Positions 34,420 through 45,392 of a stretch of DNA of 64,000 nt are shown piece after piece. The position numbers were made by a program, and so were the translations under genes. This DNA comes from Candidatus Dormiibacterota bacterium (GTDB taxonomy: Bacteria; Chloroflexota; Dormibacteria; Aeolococcales; Aeolococcaceae). Location: the NCBI GenBank assembly GCA_003153125.1, contig PLWW01000109.1, positions 10,513 through 74,512 of the forward strand, written 5' to 3'. Below the pieces are notes generated by a model that worked only from the letters and a program-made list of their open reading frames with translations, had not been told where the DNA came from and made no database searches. Numbering within the stretch: the first letter of the stretch is position 1; each line of letters starts with the position of its first letter.

Positions 34420-35448
34420 TCACCCCTTGGGTCGCTCGACCAGCGTGGCGTGGAGGGTCAGCGTCTGGGCTCCGCGGTGCACCGTGAGGGTGATGGTATC
34501 GCCCACGTTGTGGGGCTGGAGCAGGCCTCCCAGGGTGAGGCCGTTGTCGATGGCCGTGCCGTCGATGGCCACGAGGATGTCGCCGGCAGCGAGCCCCGCC
34601 CTGGCCGCCGGGGTCCCGGGGCTGACCGAGCGGAGGTAGACGCCGGGCCCGTCGAAGCCGGTGCCGTTCTGCACCGCGGCGATGCTGGTGAGGTAGTCGA
34701 CGCCGAGGAAGGGGTGGTCCACTGTGTGATGCGCGATGAGGGTCTCGGCGACGTGGCGGGCGAGGTCGGCGGGGATGCTGTAGCCGATGTTGGTGGCGTT
34801 GCCGGCGGTGGCCACGTTGACGCCGACCACTTCGCCAGATGTGTCGGCGAGCGGGCCGCCACTGTTGCCGGGATTGATGGAGGCGTCGGTCTGGAGCACG
34901 TCCTCGAGCGTCTCCGAGGAGGTTGTCGCGCCACCACCGGCGGTGATCGTCCGATGCAGGGCGCTGATCACCCCCACCGTCACCGAGCCCTGGTCGCCGA
35001 GCGGCGATCCGATGGCGATCACCGTCTGCCCGACCGCGAGGCTCGACGAGGTGCCGAACGTGGCCTCGGGGAGCGTCGCGCTGGGCACGCTCACCACCGC
35101 GATGTCGTCGAGCGGGTCGGTGCCGACCAGCGTGGCCACGAACTGGTGGCCGTCGGGCATCACCACGTGGAGCGCGGTGGCGCTTGCGACGACGTGGTTG
35201 TTGGTGACGAGGTAGCTGACCGCCGAATCCCTGGCCATGACGAAGCCGCTGCCCAGCGCGGTGGCGGACGCCTCGGTGGCGATGACCGTCCCCACTGCCG
35301 GGCCGAGCTCCCTGGCCACCTCGACTGCCGCCGCGGTGGCGGTCCCGGCCGCAGCACCGCCGACGCGGATCTCGGCCACGCCCCCGCCGCGGTCGTGGAG
35401 GACGGCGAACACCACCAGGCCACCCACGAGGAGGCCGACGAGAAGCAT
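34420..35448 (-). CDS. HtrA/DegP-family trypsin-like serine protease with N-terminal TM anchor and PDZ domain
   Basis: 'MLLVGLLVGGLVVFAVL' (TM anchor), 'GSGFVMARDSAVSYLVTNNHVV', 'DASINPGNSGGPL' (catalytic Ser), and a PDZ-like 'PGTPAARAGLAAGDILVAIDG'. Confidence 0.85.
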   Translation of the reverse strand: MLLVGLLVGGLVVFAVLHDRGGGVAEIRVGGAAAGTATAAAVEVARELGPAVGTVIATEASATALGSGFVMARDSAVSYLVTNNHVVASATALHVVMPDGHQFVATLVGTDPLDDIAVVSVPSATLPEATFGTSSSLAVGQTVIAIGSPLGDQGSVTVGVISALHRTITAGGGATTSSETLEDVLQTDASINPGNSGGPLADTSGEVVGVNVATAGNATNIGYSIPADLARHVAETLIAHHTVDHPFLGVDYLTSIAAVQNGTGFDGPGVYLRSVSPGTPAARAGLAAGDILVAIDGTAIDNGLTLGGLLQPHNVGDTITLTVHRGAQTLTLHATLVERPKG

Positions 35449-35588
35449 GGGCAGGGCGCCGCGCCAAGCGGAGGGGCGCGCTGGCGCCGGCTGAGCCGGC
35501 GGTGGCGGCGGGAACGATCCCTCAAGCTCGTCGATGGCACCTATTGTGGCCCGCGAATGCTGAACGCCGCCCTCTGGACCGGGAGACA

Positions 35589-36644
35589 GTGAGCCGTCTC
35601 ACGTGTGCCCTCGGGCCGGACTCGGCAGGCACACTGCTGCACCGGTTCATCGAGTCCGCGGACAGCAGGCTGGACGTCGCCGTCTACGAGGCGGGGCCGT
35701 CCTACGGGTGGCTGTTCCCGCGGGCTGTGGAGCGGGGCGTGCGCACACGCCTGCTTCTCGACGGCCACGGCGGCGCCAACCAGGGCTGTTTCGAGGAGCT
35801 CCGCGCCGCCCGCCAGCGCGGGGTCGTCGTCCCCTGCCGGGTCAGCCGCCACGAGGGCCTCCGCGAAGCTCACTGGAAGCTGATCGTCGCCGACGCCGAT
35901 TGCCTCGCCGTCGGTACCGGCAACCTCATCGAGCGCGATGCCCCGGCCGATCGCCGCGGGCTGCTACCGCCGGCGGCGCCGCCGCTGGTGGGAACCCGCG
36001 AATGGTGGGCGTTCGTCGACGGCGCCCCCACCCTTGCGGCCGCCGCCCGCTCGCGGATCACGGCGGCGTGGCGGGAGGCGTCACCACCACCGCCGGTGTG
36101 GGCGATCGAGGGCGCCGGGGAGGCGCCGCCCGTGGGGGCGCCGCACCCCAGCGTCGCGCCGCTGGAGGTGGAGGTGTCACCACGCTCGCTGCACCTGGCC
36201 ACCGACGCCCGCGCCGTCCTCAGCGCCGTCGAGGCGATGCTGGGGGGCTCGCCGCGGCGTTGCCTGGTGATCGTCCCCTACATGCACACGTGGGCCCACC
36301 AGGTGCGCCCCCTGCTCGAGCGGCTCGCCGAGTTGCGCGCCGGCGGCGCCGACGTGCGGGTGTTGCTCGGGACCACGCCTGCGGGCGGCGACGTGGCCAA
36401 CTTCCGTGACCGCGGTGTGCCCGCCCGGGTCATGGACCCGTCGCGCTGCACCACCGGCCACGCCAAGGGCCTGGTCACCGAACACAGCACCCTGGTCATG
36501 TCGTCGAACTGGAGCGCGGGAGGCCTCGGCTCCTCGCTGGAGGCGGCTCTGCGCATCGACAACCCCGCCGCGACCGCCTACTACGCCGACGCTTTCGAGC
36601 GCGACTGGGCGGTTGCCGACGATGCCTGGAGCGGGCGCGGTTGA
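35589..36644 (+). CDS. Phospholipase D-like (two-HKD) superfamily protein, no TM segment
   Basis: HKD motif 1 is 'HWKLIVADADCLAVGTGNL'. HKD motif 2 is 'HAKGLVTEHSTLVMSSNWS'. GTG 35589 is preceded by GGGAGA. An alternative upstream start exists at 35502. Confidence 0.7.
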   Translation: MSRLTCALGPDSAGTLLHRFIESADSRLDVAVYEAGPSYGWLFPRAVERGVRTRLLLDGHGGANQGCFEELRAARQRGVVVPCRVSRHEGLREAHWKLIVADADCLAVGTGNLIERDAPADRRGLLPPAAPPLVGTREWWAFVDGAPTLAAAARSRITAAWREASPPPPVWAIEGAGEAPPVGAPHPSVAPLEVEVSPRSLHLATDARAVLSAVEAMLGGSPRRCLVIVPYMHTWAHQVRPLLERLAELRAGGADVRVLLGTTPAGGDVANFRDRGVPARVMDPSRCTTGHAKGLVTEHSTLVMSSNWSAGGLGSSLEAALRIDNPAATAYYADAFERDWAVADDAWSGRG

Positions 36645-36660
36645 TCTGGGGGTCCGGGCG

Positions 36661-36666
36661 TATCCT
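36661..36666 (+). promoter_or_regulatory. -10-like TATCCT, 6 nt upstream of the lon ATG
   Basis: The sequence reads TATCCT-cgaccc-ATG, with no SD. Confidence 0.3.
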
Positions 36667-36672
36667 CGACCC

Positions 36673-39273
<2,601 letters not shown>

Positions 39274-39275
39274 TC

Positions 39276-39926
39276 GTGGAAGGGCTCCGCGACCTCCTCG
39301 AGCTGACGGTCGTCGTCGACCCGATGTACTCCGAGAACTGCTACGTCCTTCGCCGCCGGGACAGCGAGGCGGTGATCCTCATCGACCCCGGCCTGCAGAG
39401 CGTGCGCGTCCTCCAGGTGCTCGAAGCACGGAACTGGCGTTGCGAGCGCATCCTGCTGACCCACGGCCACGGTGACCACGTCAGTGGGGTGCCTGCGGTG
39501 GTCGCGGCGCACCAGTGCCGCGTTGCTCTCCACCCCGCCGACCACGAGCAGCTGCTCAGGATGCGCATGCTCCCCGGCATCCCGGCGGACATCCCCGACG
39601 TGGTCATCGACGACGACCTCGGCGACGGCCAGGTGATCAGCTGGCACGGCCTCGACATCGCGGTCATCCACACGCCCGGGCACACGAGGGGCTCCGTCTG
39701 CTTCCTCGCCGGCACCGACCTGCTCAGCGGCGACACGCTCTTCCGTCGCGGCGTCGGCCGGGCCGATCTCCCTGGTGGCGACTGGCCGACGCTGATGACC
39801 AGCATCGAGACGCGCGTGTACGCGCTGCCGGCCGACACGGTCGTGCATCCCGGCCACGGCGCCACAACGACCATTGGCGAGGAGATGGCGTCGAACCCCT
39901 TCGTGGTCCATCCCCGCTACCGCTGA
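39276..39926 (+). CDS. MBL-fold hydrolase (hydroxyacylglutathione hydrolase-like)
   Basis: 'ILLTHGHGDHVSG', 'HTPGHTRGSVCF' and 'LLSGDTLFRRGVGR'. GTG lies 2 nt after the lon stop. Confidence 0.8.
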   Translation: MEGLRDLLELTVVVDPMYSENCYVLRRRDSEAVILIDPGLQSVRVLQVLEARNWRCERILLTHGHGDHVSGVPAVVAAHQCRVALHPADHEQLLRMRMLPGIPADIPDVVIDDDLGDGQVISWHGLDIAVIHTPGHTRGSVCFLAGTDLLSGDTLFRRGVGRADLPGGDWPTLMTSIETRVYALPADTVVHPGHGATTTIGEEMASNPFVVHPRYR

Positions 39927-39934
39927 GGCCAGGG

Positions 39935-40507
39935 TCAGGCGCCGTCCCCGAGGCGCGAGATCAGTTCGAACAGGATCGCCGCGGTCACGCCCCAGATCAC
40001 GTTGCCGTCCGCCTCGTAGGTGTGCACCTCGCGTGACACGCCCTCGTGGAGGACCGTTCGCACGGTGTGCGGTACCTCCATCAGGGTGCGCAGGTCGACT
40101 CGGAACAGGCGCGCCACCTCGAAGGGATCGGGGCGCAGGTCGACATCGGTGCTCTGCAGCGCCACGACGGGTGTGAGCCAGATGTTGGACACCGCGGTCA
40201 GGAACGGCGGCAGCAGCCCGATCACCTCCGCCGCGTCGGGGGGAATGCCGGCCTCTTCCCCGGCCTCCCGGAGAGCCGTGGCGACGACCGTCGGGTCGCG
40301 CGGTTCGCTGCCGCCCCCCGGCAGGGCGATCTGGCCGGGATGATCGCGGAGGTGGGCGGTGCGCTGCATGAAGAGCAGGGGCAGACGATCGTCCCGTGTG
40401 TCGAAGAGGAGAAGGACAGCGGCGGTGCGGCGGTCCGGTGGTGCGGCGAGCGGTGCACTGCCGACGGGGTCGACAACGCTGCGCAGGTGCTGCTCGAGGC
40501 TGCCCAT
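39935..40507 (-). CDS. Nudix hydrolase, CoA pyrophosphatase-like
   Basis: 'HPGQIALPGGGSEPRDPTVVATALREAGEEAGI' carries an intact REAGEEAGI Nudix core. The 'LLFMQRTAHLRDHPGQIALPGG' context is typical of NudL-type enzymes. Confidence 0.7.
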   Translation of the reverse strand: MGSLEQHLRSVVDPVGSAPLAAPPDRRTAAVLLLFDTRDDRLPLLFMQRTAHLRDHPGQIALPGGGSEPRDPTVVATALREAGEEAGIPPDAAEVIGLLPPFLTAVSNIWLTPVVALQSTDVDLRPDPFEVARLFRVDLRTLMEVPHTVRTVLHEGVSREVHTYEADGNVIWGVTAAILFELISRLGDGA

Positions 40508-40543
40508 CAGCCCACTGTAGAAAAGCGCTCGCTCAGGCCGGCG

Positions 40544-40717
40544 TCAGGCGACCCGTGACTCGCTGCTACGGCGCAGGCTGGCGTCCAGTCGCGACATCGC
40601 GTCCGCGCGGCGCATCGCCTCCTCGACGACGGCGGCAAGAACCTTCCCACGGCGATACCGCAGGGCCTGGTCGTTCTCGCTCGCGTCCGCGAGGCGCTGC
40701 GCGTCCCGGGCTGCCAT
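40544..40717 (-). CDS. Hypothetical small protein (57 aa)
   Basis: ATG 40717 is preceded by GGAG at 6-nt spacing. The predicted helical sequence is 'MAARDAQRLADASENDQALRYRRGKVLAAVVEEAMRRADAMSRLD'. It lies 36 nt upstream of the Nudix gene. There is no family recognition. Confidence 0.35.
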   Translation of the reverse strand: MAARDAQRLADASENDQALRYRRGKVLAAVVEEAMRRADAMSRLDASLRRSSESRVA

Positions 40718-40857
40718 CTCGTGCTCCTGGGTGGGTGTGGACGCCGCTCTTGCAGGGGTCAACGCCAGCGGCTGACGGAACCGTACGCTTGCCGGAGTCG
40801 GCGTCGGTCACGCCCTGAGCAAGCCTCAGTAAATGTCGGTGAAGGAGATCGGCGATC

Positions 40858-41157
40858 GTGCAACGCCGTGGGGCGCGGACAGGGACAGACCGCCCACCGC
40901 CGCGACCGTGCCCGCGCTGCGGCGCTCCGCTGCGCGCCTCTCACCGAGAGTACGCGGGAGGCGGGGCGAGCGTGCCGGTCCTGCGTTGCTCGGCATGTGG
41001 GCACACCGTCAACGGAGCCGCTCGCAACGACGCTGATCGCACCCCGGCCAACGGTGGCCGCTCGCGGCGCCACCAGCCGGTCGACGAGGGACCGCCGAGC
41101 AACCCGGTGATCAACGCCGACCTGGCGCGCCGCCTCCTCGAGGACCTGCGCGACTGA
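40858..41157 (+). CDS. Hypothetical small zinc-ribbon protein (99 aa)
   Basis: Two CxxC pairs: 'CPRCGAPL...VLRCSACGHTV'. It starts with GTG and has GGAG ~10 nt upstream. Confidence 0.4.
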   Translation: MQRRGARTGTDRPPPRPCPRCGAPLRASHREYAGGGASVPVLRCSACGHTVNGAARNDADRTPANGGRSRRHQPVDEGPPSNPVINADLARRLLEDLRD

Positions 41158-41160
41158 GGC

Positions 41161-41961
41161 TCAGGCGGACGCTGTGGCCGCGCCCACACGCGAGTGCATG
41201 TCGAACCACTCGAGCACGGTGGCGTTGATCTCGTCGCGGTCGACGTCGACGCTCATGCCGTGGCCGCTGCGCGGAAAGTGGCGGCGGCGCACCTCAGCGC
41301 TGCACACAAGGCGGCGCTCGATCTCCAGCGCATTGGCGGGGTCGATGGTGCGGTCGCGGCCCCCGTGGAGTACGAGCACGGGCGCGCGGATGGCCGCGAG
41401 CTCGTCGCGGACGTCGCCGAGCAGGTGCACGAACTCCTCGATGGCGCGCATCGGCCGGCGGCCGAGCGAGTGGAGCTCGTCGATCGCCTCGAGGTCGTAG
41501 AGATCGATGTCAGTGCCAGGGTGCTGCCAGCGCATCACCCGCCCCACCACAGGCACAGCCCACCTGGCCGGTCCACGGAGCCACACGGGCGCCGCCATCG
41601 TGGCGACCGCCGCCACCCGCAGGTCGGTGGCGGCGAGGTGCAGCGCGATCGTCCCGCCCATCGACTGTCCCGCGACCATGACCTCGTCACACTCGGCGGC
41701 GAGGGCGTCCAGCGCCGCCTGCGCGGACGCGATCCATTCGCGCCGGCCGGTGCTCTCCAGCGCCTCCGGCGTCGACGCGTGCCCGGCCAGCGCAACCCCC
41801 CGGCACCGGTAACCGTGTGCGGCCAGGTGCTCACCGAGCCGTCGCAGCTCCGGTGGCGTGCCCGCGAAGCCGTGGACGAGCAGGACGCCCCGCCTGCCGT
41901 CGCCGAGCGCCCAGGGGCGCACGACCTCGGGGTCGAACGGTGTCAGGGTGCACGCGGCCAT
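41161..41961 (-). CDS. Alpha/beta-hydrolase (monoacylglycerol-lipase/carboxylesterase-like)
   Basis: 'GVLLVHGFAGTPPELRRLGEHLA', nucleophile elbow 'VAGQSMGG', and 'LVLHGGRDRTI'. ATG 41961 ('MAACTL') was chosen as start. The track ORF to 43170 is an antisense extension through trpD. Confidence 0.75.
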   Translation of the reverse strand: MAACTLTPFDPEVVRPWALGDGRRGVLLVHGFAGTPPELRRLGEHLAAHGYRCRGVALAGHASTPEALESTGRREWIASAQAALDALAAECDEVMVAGQSMGGTIALHLAATDLRVAAVATMAAPVWLRGPARWAVPVVGRVMRWQHPGTDIDLYDLEAIDELHSLGRRPMRAIEEFVHLLGDVRDELAAIRAPVLVLHGGRDRTIDPANALEIERRLVCSAEVRRRHFPRSGHGMSVDVDRDEINATVLEWFDMHSRVGAATASA

Positions 41962-41994
41962 TCGCCGCCGAGTATATGGCGGGCTCCCGGATGC

Positions 41995-42000
41995 TACCGT
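41995..42000 (+). promoter_or_regulatory. Extended -10-like TGCTACCGT, 9 nt upstream of the trpD GTG
   Basis: The sequence reads TGC-TACCGT-cgcgcacac-GTG, with no SD. Confidence 0.35.
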
Positions 42001-42009
42001 CGCGCACAC

Positions 42010-43035
42010 GTGACCGATGAGCTGATGCGAGAGGCGCTGGAGAGGATCGTCGTCGGCGAGTCGCTCGATGTGTCGACCGCGCGCGCGGTGATGGACATGG
42101 TCATGGACGGCAGCGCGACGTCCGCGCAGATCGGCGGCCTGCTCACCGGCCTGCGCACCCGCGGGGAGACGGTCGACGAGCTGACCGGCATGGTCATGTC
42201 GATGCGCGACCACGCCACCCTCGTCGAGCTGGAGCCGGGAGCGGTGGACACGTGTGGCACCGGTGGCGACGGCACCAACACCTTCAACATCTCCACGGCG
42301 GCAGCCCTGGTGGCGGCCGCGGCGGGCTGTCGCGTCGCCAAGCACGGCAACCGCGCCCAGTCGTCGCGCTGCGGCAGCGCCGACGTCCTCGAGGAGCTGG
42401 GCGTCCGTGTCGCGCTCGACGGCGAGGGGGTGCGTCGCTGCGTCGACGAGGCGGGGATCGGGTTCATCTACGCGCCGGCGTTCCATCCCGCCATGCGTCA
42501 CGCTGCGGCGGTCCGTCGCGAGCTTGGCATCCGCACGGTCTTCAACGTGCTCGGCCCGCTCGCCAACCCGGCGCGGGTCCGTCACCAGGCCCTCGGCGTG
42601 GCGGGGAACGCGCCTGTGGCGGTGATGGCCACGGTCCTGCAGCGTCTCGGCCATCGCCACGCGCTCGTGTTCAGTGGGCCGGGCGGGATGGACGAGCTCG
42701 GCCTCGACGCCGTGACCAATGGGTACGAGGTCACCGAGACGGGCATGCGCGACATCGAGATCGATCCCCAGGCACTCGGCCTGAACGCGGCTCCGCGTGA
42801 GGCGCTGGCGGGCGGTGACGCCGTCACCAATGCGGCCGCCGTCCTTGCCGTGCTCGACGGTGAGCGGGGTGCGCGACGTGACGTCGTGCTCCTCAACGCC
42901 GCGGCCGCCATGGTCGCCGCCGACCTCGCGGTCGGCATGGCGGAGGGGATCGAACGAGGCAGAGCGGCGCTCGATTCCGGGGCGGCGCGACGCACGCTCA
43001 GCCGCCTCGTCGCCGCCTCCCAGGCGGCGGCGTGA
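42010..43035 (+). CDS. trpD: Anthranilate phosphoribosyltransferase
   Basis: 'AQIGGLLTGLRTRGETVDELTG', 'VDTCGTGGDGTNTFNISTAAALVAAAAG', 'VAKHGNRAQSSRCGSADVLEELG' and 'RTVFNVLGPLANPA'. Confidence 0.9.
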   Translation: MTDELMREALERIVVGESLDVSTARAVMDMVMDGSATSAQIGGLLTGLRTRGETVDELTGMVMSMRDHATLVELEPGAVDTCGTGGDGTNTFNISTAAALVAAAAGCRVAKHGNRAQSSRCGSADVLEELGVRVALDGEGVRRCVDEAGIGFIYAPAFHPAMRHAAAVRRELGIRTVFNVLGPLANPARVRHQALGVAGNAPVAVMATVLQRLGHRHALVFSGPGGMDELGLDAVTNGYEVTETGMRDIEIDPQALGLNAAPREALAGGDAVTNAAAVLAVLDGERGARRDVVLLNAAAAMVAADLAVGMAEGIERGRAALDSGAARRTLSRLVAASQAAA

Positions 43036-43072
43036 TGCGGGGACGCCTCGCCCGCATCGTCGAGGGCAGTGC

Positions 43073-43768
43073 ATGAGCCGGGGTGGGGAGCTGTTCCGTC
43101 TCCAGGAGATCGACACGCGCCTCGCCCAGGACGCTGCCCGCCTCGCCGAGGTCGAGGCGAGGATCGCCACGGACCCGGAGCTGGAAAGGCGCCGCCGCGA
43201 GGCCCGCCTCCGCCGTCGCGAGCAGGCCGCCGCCGATGCCGACCTCGCCGCGGCCGAGAAGGAGTCTGACGGGCTGCGACGCCGCGCCCGCGACCTCGAT
43301 CGCCATCTCTACGACGGGTCGGTGCGCAACCCGCAGGAGTTGCTGGGCATGCAGCACGACCTCGAGGCGCTGCGCCGGCGCATCAACGCCGAGGACGAGG
43401 GCCTCCTCACCCTCATGGAGGCGGCCGAGGCGGCCGCCGAGGCCGATCGCGAGGCCAACGCCGCCATCGTCGACCGCGAGAGTGAGCGGGCGGGTCACGC
43501 CGGCGAGCTGCTCGAGCAGGCGGTGGCGATGAGGCAGTCGGTGGAGCGCGACGAGCGCGACCGCGCGGAGCTGTCCGCGGGCATCGCCGCCCCCGACCTC
43601 GTCCTCTACGAGCGGCTGGCGCGACGCGTTCCTCCAGCGGTGGTGCGCATCCAGGCCGACAGCTGCGGCGGCTGCCACATCCCCTTCGGCGGCTCCGAGG
43701 TGCGCCGCATCCGCGTCGCCGATGAACCGGTGCAGTGCTCGGGGTGCGACCGCATCGTGGTCCCGTGA
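43073..43768 (+). CDS. Coiled-coil C4 zinc-ribbon protein (DUF164/COG1579-like)
   Basis: A long coiled-coil region is followed by 'CGGCHIPFGGSEVRRIRVADEPVQCSGCDRIVV'. Confidence 0.7.
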   Translation: MSRGGELFRLQEIDTRLAQDAARLAEVEARIATDPELERRRREARLRRREQAAADADLAAAEKESDGLRRRARDLDRHLYDGSVRNPQELLGMQHDLEALRRRINAEDEGLLTLMEAAEAAAEADREANAAIVDRESERAGHAGELLEQAVAMRQSVERDERDRAELSAGIAAPDLVLYERLARRVPPAVVRIQADSCGGCHIPFGGSEVRRIRVADEPVQCSGCDRIVVP

Positions 43769-44229
43769 CCCAGACGGTGGTGGCCTACACGGACGGCGCG
43801 TGCTCGGGCAACCCCGGCGCGGGGGCGTGGGCCTACAGGCTGCAGTGGCCGGACGGCTCAGTGTCGGAGAGCGCCGGCGCGACGGCCATGACCACCAACA
43901 ACCGCGAGGAGTTGAAGGCTGTGCGCGAGGCCCTCCGAGCCGTGCGCGCGCACATCGGCGCCGACCCGGGCTGGCGGATCGTGGTGCGCACCGACAGCCT
44001 CGGCGTCATCAACTGGCTGTCGCGCACATGGAAGCGCAAGGCCAACCTTGACCTGTACCCGGGTATCGACAGCCTCATGGACTCGCGCGTCCGCTTCGAG
44101 CACGTCCGCGGTCACAGCGGCGAACCGGGCAACGAGCGCGTCGACGCCCTTGCCGTCGCGGCCGTGGAGCGTCAGCTGGCGCAGGGGCCACAGCTCGCGC
44201 CTCCGCAGCGTGAGCTGCCCCTGGGCTGA
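43765..44229 (+). CDS. rnhA: Ribonuclease HI
   Basis: 'VAYTDGACSGNPGAGAWAY', 'TTNNREELKAVREAL', 'VRTDSLGVINW' and 'VRGHSGEPGNERVDALA' (DEDD catalytic pattern). GTG overlaps the upstream stop as GTGA. Confidence 0.85.
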   Translation: MTQTVVAYTDGACSGNPGAGAWAYRLQWPDGSVSESAGATAMTTNNREELKAVREALRAVRAHIGADPGWRIVVRTDSLGVINWLSRTWKRKANLDLYPGIDSLMDSRVRFEHVRGHSGEPGNERVDALAVAAVERQLAQGPQLAPPQRELPLG

Positions 44230-44309
44230 CGCGGACTGGCGCCGGTCGCAGCAGGAGGCGGCCTGACCTGACGCCGTCGCGACGGCTGGGAGGCCCGGGT
44301 GGGGAGCGT

Positions 44310-44709
44310 GCAAGCCGGCCTGTAAGCCGGGTTCTGTCCCCGCCGCTCCGTTCACGGCCCACGGGCCGCCGCTCCCCGGCGGCGGGGGACGGCCATCCAT
44401 CTACGACGCCGGTTGCCCGGCGCCTCCAGCGGCCCGACCCGGGACATGGGGCGAGCAACCCCTGGACGGCGAACCGTCCGTCCCTGTTCGGCCTTGCTCC
44501 GGGCGGGGTTTACCTGGCCGGCCGGTCACCCGGCCGCCGGTGGGCTCTTGCCCCACCATTTCACCGTTGCCGGCGGCACCGCCGCGGCTGTGTCTTTTCT
44601 GTGGCACTCTCCTTCGGGTTGCCCCGACTGGGCGTTACCCAGCGCCCTGCTTTGTGGAGCCCGGACTTTCCTCGGACGCTGAGCGCCCGCGGCCGTCCGG
44701 CCGGCTTGC
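44310..44709 (-). ncRNA. rnpB: RNase P RNA, bacterial type A
   Basis: The minus strand contains the universally conserved 'GAGGAAAGUCCGGGCUCC' (plus coordinates 44656-44673), 'GGGUAACGCCCAGUC' and 'ACAGAAAAGACACAGCC', with 'ACAGAACCCGGCUUACAG' near the 3' end. An 11-bp P1 helix pairs 5' GCAAGCCGGCC (44709-44699) with 3' GGCCGGCUUGC (44320-44310). The ends are approximate to a few nt. Confidence 0.9.
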
Positions 44710-44716
44710 CCGGGGA

Positions 44717-44722
44717 ATTCTA
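44717..44722 (-). promoter_or_regulatory. -10 hexamer TAGAAT for rnpB
   Basis: The minus strand reads TAGAAT-tccccgg-G, which puts the predicted start at the first base of the P1 helix. Confidence 0.5.
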
Positions 44723-44781
44723 CCGCCGCGCCGCAACTCGGGCAGGAGCGAGCGGCGCAGCGAACGGCACATCTGTTCGCA

Positions 44782-44860
44782 TTGACGCGTTGAGTTGAGA
44801 CTGTTACCGTTCGGCCCATCAGTGGGGCAGAGTGGTGAATAGTGGGGCACGGAATGTGGA
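44782..44860 (+). promoter_or_regulatory. Pmra-like promoter plus array of MraZ-box-like direct repeats
   Basis: TTGACG (44782-44787), 17-nt spacer, then extended -10 TGTTACCGT (44802-44810). Downstream repeats are AGTGGGG (44821), AGTGGTG (44831) and AGTGGGG (44841) at exact 10-bp spacing, plus ATGTGGA (44854). Confidence 0.55.
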
Positions 44861-44897
44861 CCGACGGCGGCAGCGACCCGATGGCCGGAGCTGACCT

Positions 44898-45350
44898 GTG
44901 TTCTACGGGACGTTCCGCCATGCCGTCGACTCCAAAGGCCGGGTCGCCCTTCCCGCCCAGTTCCGGCGTGACCTTGGCGGCGCCGTCATCGCCCCGGGCG
45001 CCGAGAACCGCCTCGTGATCCGCCCGATCATGGAATGGCAGGAGTACGAACAACACTTCCGGCTCACCGCCGACAGCTCCGCCGAGCAGCGTCTGTTCAT
45101 GCGTCACCTCTACGCCGGCGCGAGGGAGGTGGACGTCGACGTCCAGGGGCGGATCCTGCTCAGCCCCGAGCATCGCGCCTTCGCCCGCATCGAGGACCGC
45201 GCCGTCTTCGTCGGGGTCTCCAACGTCGTGGAGATGGTGGGGGAGGCGGTCTGGGACAGCGAGAGCCTGCGCCTCGACCCCGAGGTCTTCACCCAGCTTG
45301 GAGACCGCGTCGGCCGCCCCGGCTCACCCGACGCGGGCGAGCGGGCGTGA
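44898..45350 (+). CDS. mraZ: Transcriptional regulator MraZ
   Basis: 'FYGTFRHAVDSKGRVALPAQFR' and a second SpoVT/AbrB-like repeat 'VDVDVQGRILLSPEHR'. It starts with GTG, with GGAG 8 nt upstream. Confidence 0.9.
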   Translation: MFYGTFRHAVDSKGRVALPAQFRRDLGGAVIAPGAENRLVIRPIMEWQEYEQHFRLTADSSAEQRLFMRHLYAGAREVDVDVQGRILLSPEHRAFARIEDRAVFVGVSNVVEMVGEAVWDSESLRLDPEVFTQLGDRVGRPGSPDAGERA

Positions 45351-45392
45351 CTGCATCCGTTTCAACCACACCAGCAACGCAAAGGGGTTTCC

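Noticed and set aside
44401-45173. Protein-coding ORFs listed across 44401-45173.
   Set aside because: The region is occupied by RNase P RNA (minus strand) and the mraZ promoter/leader. The ORF products are not protein-like.
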